A stretch of DNA of 64,000 nt, taken from positions 778,331 through 842,330 of the forward strand of contig DASPLQ010000012.1 in assembly GCA_035627515.1 (NCBI GenBank), in the 5' to 3' direction. Below, one piece after another: positions 58,716 to 64,000 of the stretch. Numbering within the stretch: position 1 is the first letter of the stretch; the number at the start of each line of letters is the position of its first letter. Made by a program: the position numbers and the translations under genes. This stretch comes from Vitreimonas sp. GTDB taxonomy: Bacteria; Patescibacteriota; Microgenomatia; UBA1400; PJMF01. Under the pieces are notes generated by a model that was given only the letters and a program-made list of their open reading frames with translations, made no database searches and was not told where the DNA came from.

Positions 58716-59120
58716 ATGTTACAACCGAAAAAATCAAAATTCAGAAAACAATTTAGAGGCAAGAACCGTGGTGTAGCCTTACGTGGTTCGAGTGTCACTT
58801 TTGGTGATTTTGGTTTGAAAGCAGTCACGGCTGGCTGGATTACTTCTCGCCAAATTGAAGCTGCTCGTAAAAAAATTACCTATGCTACCAAACGTGCTGG
58901 TCGTTACTGGATGAAAGTGTTTCCTCACAAACCAGTTACTCATAAACCAGTGGGTGTGAAAATGGGCTCTGGTAAAGGTGATATTGATAAATACGTAGCA
59001 GTCATTAAACCAGGTATGGTGTTGTTTGAAATTGGTGGTGTGACAGAGCAAGAAGCTCGCTCAGCTTTCACCAAAGCTGGTCACAAGTTGTCAGTGAAAA
59101 CGACCTTAATTAAGAAATAA
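58716..59120 (+). CDS. rplP: 50S ribosomal protein L16
   Basis: MLQPKKSKFRKQFRGK...conserved L16 sequence. Confidence 0.9.
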   Translation: MLQPKKSKFRKQFRGKNRGVALRGSSVTFGDFGLKAVTAGWITSRQIEAARKKITYATKRAGRYWMKVFPHKPVTHKPVGVKMGSGKGDIDKYVAVIKPGMVLFEIGGVTEQEARSAFTKAGHKLSVKTTLIKK

Positions 59121-59127
59121 AACGAGT

Positions 59128-59331
59128 ATGAAGCGCAACGATATTAAAGCTCTAAAAGATAAATCAGTAGCTGAGTTACAAAAACAACTCGCTCAGTTAG
59201 TGGTGGAGCTGGCTCGCAAGCGCCATGAGAAAAAAGTTGGTAAAATAGTTAACTCACGATCTGTTTCAGTGATGAGTGATGACATTGCTCGCATTAAAAC
59301 AATCTTAAAAGAGAAAGAGTTGGTAGGATAA
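59128..59331 (+). CDS. rpmC: 50S ribosomal protein L29
   Basis: 67-aa helical protein (ALKDKSVAELQKQLAQLVVELARKR) in the canonical position. Confidence 0.85.
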   Translation: MKRNDIKALKDKSVAELQKQLAQLVVELARKRHEKKVGKIVNSRSVSVMSDDIARIKTILKEKELVG

Positions 59332-59334
59332 ATC

Positions 59335-59568
59335 ATGAAAACATTACAAGGCACTATTACTTCGCTCAAGAACACAGCTACTGCTCGTGTGACTGTGACG
59401 ACTCGCTGGCAACATCCGTTGTACAAAAAGTACGTCAAGCGCAGTAAAAATTATGCCTGTCATTATGAGAACATTGCCTTAGCTGAAGGTGATTTGGTCA
59501 CGATCCAAGAGTGCCGACCCATCAGCAAGACCAAACGTTTTAAAGTCGTAGCAAAAGTAGAAAACTAA
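59335..59568 (+). CDS. rpsQ: 30S ribosomal protein S17
   Basis: [37 protein letters not shown]-fold S17. Confidence 0.9.
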   Translation: MKTLQGTITSLKNTATARVTVTTRWQHPLYKKYVKRSKNYACHYENIALAEGDLVTIQECRPISKTKRFKVVAKVEN

Positions 59569-59569
59569 C

Positions 59570-59944
59570 ATGATTCAATTACGAACCGTACTACAAGTTG
59601 CAGATAACAGTGGCGCCCGACAGCTTCGCGTCATTCAAGTCCATGGTGGTTCACGCCGCCGGTTTGGACACGTGGGTGACATCGTCAGTGCTTCCGTTAT
59701 TGCTGCTGATCCTAAAGGGACGGTTAAAAAAGGCGAAAAAGTCAAAGCTGTGATTGTCCGCACTCACAAGGAAGCCCGCCGCGCTAGTGGCGAGTACATC
59801 CGCTTTGATGATAACGCTGCTGTAGTGATCGAGTCTCGCAGTAATCCTAATCCCATTGGAACTCGCGTTTTTGGACCGGTTGCTCGCGAAGTAAAAGATA
59901 AAGGTTTTGCTAAAATTGCAAGTTTAGCACCAGAAGTATTGTAA
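59570..59944 (+). CDS. rplN: 50S ribosomal protein L14
   Basis: [17 protein letters not shown]...conserved L14. Confidence 0.95.
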   Translation: MIQLRTVLQVADNSGARQLRVIQVHGGSRRRFGHVGDIVSASVIAADPKGTVKKGEKVKAVIVRTHKEARRASGEYIRFDDNAAVVIESRSNPNPIGTRVFGPVAREVKDKGFAKIASLAPEVL

Positions 59945-59948
59945 ACGT

Positions 59949-60263
59949 ATGAAATTTAAAGTCGGCGATCAAGTCATAGTCACCAGCGGCAAAGATAAAG
60001 GTAAAAAAAGCAGTATCACTGCCGTTTTACCTAAAGACAATAAAGTCGTGGTTGAAGGTTTGAACATGTTTGTCAAACACGTCAAACCACAAGGTGATCG
60101 TGAAGGTCAACGCATTCAACGCGAACGAGCTTTGGATGTCGCCAAAGTCGCTATCTTAAACAATGGTAAGCCTGATCGGATCGGCTACAAAGTCGAAAAA
60201 GATGGCACCAAAGTCAGAGTGTATAAGAAAACTGGAAAAGTAATTGAGAGTAAAAAGAAATAA
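59949..60263 (+). CDS. rplX: 50S ribosomal protein L24
   Basis: KVGDQVIVTSGKDKGKK, KOW motif. Confidence 0.9.
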   Translation: MKFKVGDQVIVTSGKDKGKKSSITAVLPKDNKVVVEGLNMFVKHVKPQGDREGQRIQRERALDVAKVAILNNGKPDRIGYKVEKDGTKVRVYKKTGKVIESKKK

Positions 60264-60265
60264 AT

Positions 60266-60817
60266 ATGAATCGCTTACAAACATTCTACCAAGAGACTGT
60301 GGCTCCAACTCTGATGAAAGAGATGAAGTATAGTACGGTCATGGCTATCCCTAAGATTAAAAAGGTAGTCATTAACACTGGTATTTCCCAACCTCAGGAG
60401 CCTCGGGCTCGCCGTGAGGTGGTCAATAATGTAGCTGAGCAATTTCAAGTTATCAGTGGTCAAAAAGCGCAGATCACCACTGCTCGCAAAGCCATCTCTA
60501 ACTTTAAGTTGCGCAAAGGTGATCCGATGGGTGTGGTAGTTACGCTCCGCAGCCAATTCATGTGGGAGTTCTTAGACAAATTGATTTCAGTAGCTTTACC
60601 TCGGGTAAAAGATTTCCAAGGTGTGTCTCGCACAGCTTTCGATGGTCAAGGCAACTACAACTTGGGAATTGAAGAGCAAATCATCTTCCCTGAAATTGAG
60701 TACGATAAAATTGATCAAGTCCGAAGTTTACAAATTACAGTAGTGACTTCAGCTTCTACTAATGATGAAGCTCGTCGCTTGCTCGAATTATTAGGTATGC
60801 CTTTCAAAAAGGCATAA
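60266..60817 (+). CDS. rplE: 50S ribosomal protein L5
   Basis: L5 conserved regions (KIVINTGI-like, RKGDPMGVVVTLR). Confidence 0.9.
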   Translation: MNRLQTFYQETVAPTLMKEMKYSTVMAIPKIKKVVINTGISQPQEPRARREVVNNVAEQFQVISGQKAQITTARKAISNFKLRKGDPMGVVVTLRSQFMWEFLDKLISVALPRVKDFQGVSRTAFDGQGNYNLGIEEQIIFPEIEYDKIDQVRSLQITVVTSASTNDEARRLLELLGMPFKKA

Positions 60818-60839
60818 TAGATGAGGTTGAGATTATAGT

Positions 60840-61070
60840 ATGGCTAAAAAATCAAAAATCGCTAAAGCTCAAAAACTGTTACGGAAACGTGACATGTTAC
60901 TCCAATCTGGAGTCAAAAAAGCAAACCGCGTATCGACTCGAGGAGAAAACCGGTGTAAAATAACTGGCCGTCCACGTGGATACATGCGTTTCTTCGGTTT
61001 GAGTCGGTTGACTTTCCGTGAGTTAGCAGCCAAAGGCGAATTACCCGGTGTGGTGAAAGCAAGTAAGTAA
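60840..61070 (+). CDS. rpsN: 30S ribosomal protein S14 (short form without the Cys4 zinc knuckle)
   Basis: 76 aa, ...[39 protein letters not shown]. Only one Cys, so not the Zn-ribbon type. Confidence 0.85.
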   Translation: MAKKSKIAKAQKLLRKRDMLLQSGVKKANRVSTRGENRCKITGRPRGYMRFFGLSRLTFRELAAKGELPGVVKASK

Positions 61071-61083
61071 GTGAATAACTAAT

Positions 61084-61473
61084 ATGACTGATCCTATCGC
61101 AGACATGATCATCCGAATAAAAAATGCTTTACTCGTTCGTAAAGCAGAAGTTGAGATTCCTTTCTCCAAAATGAAGCAATCAATTGCCACCATTTTGAAG
61201 GAAGAAAACTACATCGAAGAAATCGAAGTAAAACCAACTACACCTCAAGCTACTTTAGTCTTGAAGTTGAAGTATGTAGGTCGAACCCCAGCTATCACCG
61301 ACGTCAAGCGCTTATCAAAGCCTGGTCGCCGTATGTATGCTACCGTCGATCAAATTCCTCAATCATTGGGTGGATATGGATTAACTTTGGTCTCTACCAG
61401 TAAAGGAGTCATGACTGCTACTAAAGCTCGCCAACTCAATGTCGGCGGCGAAGTACTGTGTCAGATCTGGTAA
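61084..61473 (+). CDS. rpsH: 30S ribosomal protein S8
   Basis: MTDPIADMIIRIKNA...conserved S8. Confidence 0.9.
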   Translation: MTDPIADMIIRIKNALLVRKAEVEIPFSKMKQSIATILKEENYIEEIEVKPTTPQATLVLKLKYVGRTPAITDVKRLSKPGRRMYATVDQIPQSLGGYGLTLVSTSKGVMTATKARQLNVGGEVLCQIW

Positions 61474-61478
61474 TCGTT

Positions 61479-62015
61479 ATGTCAAGAATTGGTCGCAAAC
61501 CTATCACTGTTCCATCCGGAGTTACAATTGAGACTCAAGATCATCAAATTGTAGTCCGTGGCCCTAAAGGTGAACTCAAAGTAGAGTTACTCTCAGGCGT
61601 TAAAATGGAGAAACAAGAAGACAAAGTTGTGTTGAGTCGCGTTAATGATGAAAAGCAAAATCGCGCTAATCATGGCTTGATTCGCAGTTTAGTCAATAAT
61701 GCTGTGGCTGGTGTAACAACTGGTTACAAAAAAACCTTGAAATTATTGGGTACTGGATACCGCGTCTCGATGAAAGGGGCTGGTATTTCCTTAGCGGTGG
61801 GTTTCTCCCATCCAGTTGATATTGCTGCTCCAGCTGGTATCAAGCTCAGTATCGAAGGTAACGACACCATTTATATTGAAGGTATCGATAAACAATTAGT
61901 CGGTCAAGTTGCAGCTAATATCCGCAAAGTCCGACCACCTGAACCTTACAAGGGTAAAGGTATTCGTTATGAAGATGAAGTAGTTAGAAGAAAACAAGGT
62001 AAAGCTGCTGCTTAA
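61479..62015 (+). CDS. rplF: 50S ribosomal protein L6
   Basis: MSRIGRKPITVP N-terminus and two L6 repeats. The track ORF starts at an upstream ATG at 61458 overlapping rpsH. Confidence 0.9.
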   Translation: MSRIGRKPITVPSGVTIETQDHQIVVRGPKGELKVELLSGVKMEKQEDKVVLSRVNDEKQNRANHGLIRSLVNNAVAGVTTGYKKTLKLLGTGYRVSMKGAGISLAVGFSHPVDIAAPAGIKLSIEGNDTIYIEGIDKQLVGQVAANIRKVRPPEPYKGKGIRYEDEVVRRKQGKAAA

Positions 62016-62020
62016 CGCCA

Positions 62021-62371
62021 ATGCCAAAAATTACGCATACACTATCTAAAATTGTCAAAAGAAAACTGCGCGTTCGTGGTAAGTTATTTGGAACTAATGC
62101 TCGGCCTCGTTTGTCGATCAATCGTTCTAACAAACACACCTACTTGCAAGCTATCAGTGACGAGCAGGGTGTGACCGTGGCTTATGCCAGTGACGTAAAA
62201 ATCGAAACAGGCACTAAGACTGAGCGCGCTGTCCAAGCCGCCGAGACCTTAGCTAAAGCCTTAATGAAACAAGGTATTAAAGCAGTAATTATTGATCGTG
62301 GTAGCTTCCGCTATCATGGTCGGATCAAGGCCGTCGCCGATGCTGTCCGTGCAGCCGGGGTGGAGGTTTAA
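62021..62371 (+). CDS. rplR: 50S ribosomal protein L18
   Basis: RLSINRSNKHTYLQAISDEQGVTVAYASD...conserved L18. Confidence 0.9.
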   Translation: MPKITHTLSKIVKRKLRVRGKLFGTNARPRLSINRSNKHTYLQAISDEQGVTVAYASDVKIETGTKTERAVQAAETLAKALMKQGIKAVIIDRGSFRYHGRIKAVADAVRAAGVEV

Positions 62372-62374
62372 ATC

Positions 62375-63082
62375 ATGGCTAATCAACATCAACAACGCAA
62401 TCAGATGCAACAAGGCGAAAACCAAGTCAATGAATTTGATGAAAAAGTAGTGCAGATCTCTCGGGTTTCCAAGAAAACCAAGGGTGGCAACAAAATGGGT
62501 TTCTCCATTTTAATGGTAGTTGGTGACCGCAAAGGTCGCGTTGGTGTCGGTTTAGGTAAAGCTGGCGATGTGTTGTCAGCCATGCGCAAAGGTGTCAAAA
62601 AAGCTAAGAAAAAGTTAATCTCTGTGCCTTTAGATGGTACAACTATCCCGTTTGCTTTGACCGTTAAAAAAGGTGCTAGTCGTATCATGTTGAAACCAGC
62701 TCCTAAGGGTTCTGGAGTCATCGCTGGTGGACCTGTGCGCGCCGTGGTGGAAGCTGCAGGTATTCGTGACATCTCAAGCAAAATTTTAGGAACCACTAAT
62801 CAAGCTTCAAATGTGTATGCCACGTTTGATGCTCTGAAACGCATTGAAACTATCGTTAAGTTAAAAGGTATTAAATTGAAGTCTATTGCCGAAATCGAAA
62901 CTGAAGAAGCTAAGAAGATGCAAGAGCTCCAGGAAAAAGCTAAGAAAACTGAAAAAGCCCCTGAAGTGAGTAAAGAAGCTAAGGTTGAAGACAAAACCGA
63001 GAAAAGTGCAGACAAAGCTACCAAACCAGCCAAGAAGCCGGTAGCGAAAAAGGAAAGTAAGAAAAAGGAATTAAGTAACTAA
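62375..63082 (+). CDS. rpsE: 30S ribosomal protein S5, with N- and C-terminal low-complexity extensions (~60-aa Lys/Glu-rich tail)
   Basis: S5 dsRBD and C-terminal domain (VVQISRVSKKTKGGNKMGFSILMVVGDRKGRVGVGLGKAGDV). Tail is EEAKKMQELQEKAKKTEKAPEVSKEAKVEDKTEK... Confidence 0.9.
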   Translation: MANQHQQRNQMQQGENQVNEFDEKVVQISRVSKKTKGGNKMGFSILMVVGDRKGRVGVGLGKAGDVLSAMRKGVKKAKKKLISVPLDGTTIPFALTVKKGASRIMLKPAPKGSGVIAGGPVRAVVEAAGIRDISSKILGTTNQASNVYATFDALKRIETIVKLKGIKLKSIAEIETEEAKKMQELQEKAKKTEKAPEVSKEAKVEDKTEKSADKATKPAKKPVAKKESKKKELSN

Positions 63083-63162
63083 GTAAATGAGTAACTAAGT
63101 AATTCGCTAACGCGCTAAATTACTTAATTACTGAATTACTCAATAACTCAATTACTCAACTC
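63083..63162 (+). repeat. 80-nt A/T-rich spacer with short direct repeats, at the position where rpmD (L30) normally lies
   Basis: AGTAACTAAGTAA x2, CGCTAA x2, and four 8-mer repeats ATTACTNA (attactga attactca ataactca attactca). No ORF. Confidence 0.5.
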
Positions 63163-63603
63163 ATGTCATTGTTAAACCAACTCATCAGCATTACCACTAA
63201 GCCCAAGAAACGCGTTGGTCGCGGCTATGGATCCGGTAAAGGAAGTCATACTTCTACTCGCGGTACCAAAGGTCTTAAATCACGCGTCGGTGGCAAAGTA
63301 GCCTTATGGTTTGAAGGTGGTCAGTTACCATTGGTCAAGCGCTTACCGATGATCCGTGGTAAGGCTCGCTTCAAAGCTCTTAATCCAGCCGCTGAAATTA
63401 CCTTAAATGACCTCCAAAACATGAGTGCGACTGTTATTACGTTGGACACATTGAAATTAGAAAAAGTCATTGATCAACGCTTTAAAAAAGCTAAAGTAAT
63501 TGCAACTGGATCATTATCTCGAGCCGTGACAGTCAAGGGTATTCCTGCCTCCGCAGCAGCTCGCCAACAGATTGAAAAAGCTGGTGGCTCGCTCGAGAAT
63601 TAA
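63163..63603 (+). CDS. rplO: 50S ribosomal protein L15
   Basis: KRVGRGYGSGKGSHTSTRGTKG...conserved L15. Confidence 0.9.
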   Translation: MSLLNQLISITTKPKKRVGRGYGSGKGSHTSTRGTKGLKSRVGGKVALWFEGGQLPLVKRLPMIRGKARFKALNPAAEITLNDLQNMSATVITLDTLKLEKVIDQRFKKAKVIATGSLSRAVTVKGIPASAAARQQIEKAGGSLEN

Positions 63604-63644
63604 CCCCAGGTCTTGACTTTTCCCACCGTTCCCGTAATACTCAG

Positions 63645-64000
63645 TTGCTCGTTTGTGCTGTGCAACAAATCTTAACCATTTTTAATACCATTGCTCGCAA
63701 TCCAGAACTTCGCAAGAAGTTATTATTTACGGCCGCTATTTTTTTGGTTTTTAGACTCTTGGCTCAAATTCCCGTGCCCGGTGTGGACATTGCTCAAATT
63801 CGCACGTGGTTCAACGCCAACTCATTTTTAAGCTTTTTTAATATTATTTCCGGTGGTACTTTAGCTAACTTCTCAATTGTGGCGGTGGGGATTAATCCTT
63901 ATATTACGGCCTCAATCATTTTTCAGTTGGCTGCGATGGTGTTCCCGGCCTTGAAAGAAATGCAAAAAGAAGGTGAGTCAGGCCGAGAGCGTATTAATCA
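63645..64000 (+). CDS. secY: preprotein translocase SecY, N-terminal part (runs off the window end)
   Basis: Translation from a TTG near 63645 gives ...ILTIFNTIARNPELRKKLLFTAAIFLVFRLLAQIPVPGVDIAQI...GINPYITASIIFQLAAM, a canonical SecY N-terminus. It is not in the supplied track because there is no ATG start. Start codon is uncertain. Confidence 0.6.
   Translation, partial: MLVCAVQQILTIFNTIARNPELRKKLLFTAAIFLVFRLLAQIPVPGVDIAQIRTWFNANSFLSFFNIISGGTLANFSIVAVGINPYITASIIFQLAAMVFPALKEMQKEGESGRERIN

Noticed and set aside
62401-63033. Minus-strand ORFs inside rpsE, and similar antisense ORFs inside rpoC, fusA, tuf and other conserved genes
   Set aside because: They are antisense to highly conserved genes, low-complexity, and lack start signals. 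Typical shadow ORFs.

Overview
This is a gene-dense window from a bacterial chromosome, about 45% GC and mostly + strand. No rRNA, tRNA, CRISPR array or transposase was seen.

The first ~36 kb mixes envelope, redox and housekeeping genes:
- subtilisin-like protease, MscS channel, PAS/GAF histidine kinase, and a HAD hydrolase that looks frameshifted
- flavodoxin plus a two-subunit 2-oxoacid:ferredoxin oxidoreductase, and an FAD oxidoreductase
- OmpR regulator, ChaB, polyprenyl synthase, CobW-type GTPase, PrmC, DsbA-like protein, YqeY, RodZ-like and YtxH-like proteins
- a run of four 550-630 aa proteins with no recognisable domain, interrupted by a T-box-regulated, C-terminally truncated alaS
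- a large membrane protein translationally coupled to a sortase, then RuvX and MltG

The last ~28 kb is the translation core: rpoB-rpoC, rpsL-rpsG, fusA, tuf, and the S10/spc ribosomal protein cluster from rpsJ to rplO with the start of secY. It departs from the usual layout in four ways:
- seven small hypothetical ORFs are interleaved between these near-universal genes, and at least four of the seven appear paralogous
- rpmD (L30) is missing
- several r-proteins and rpoB carry low-complexity tails
- AlaRS lacks the C-Ala domain

Taken together this suggests a CPR/Patescibacteria-like (possibly Saccharibacteria-like) lineage; this is inference only.

Non-coding features:
- two families of repeated intergenic elements (a ~76-nt element in two copies, and an A/T-rich hairpin module in two copies)
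- a conserved promoter cassette abutting the start codons of paralog-like large genes, consistent with leaderless mRNAs
- a candidate T-box leader upstream of alaS
- an orphan Phd/YefM-like antitoxin antisense between rpoC and rpsL
- several consensus sigma70-like promoters and intrinsic terminators

Coordinates of non-coding features were read by hand and are approximate (about +/-2 nt).
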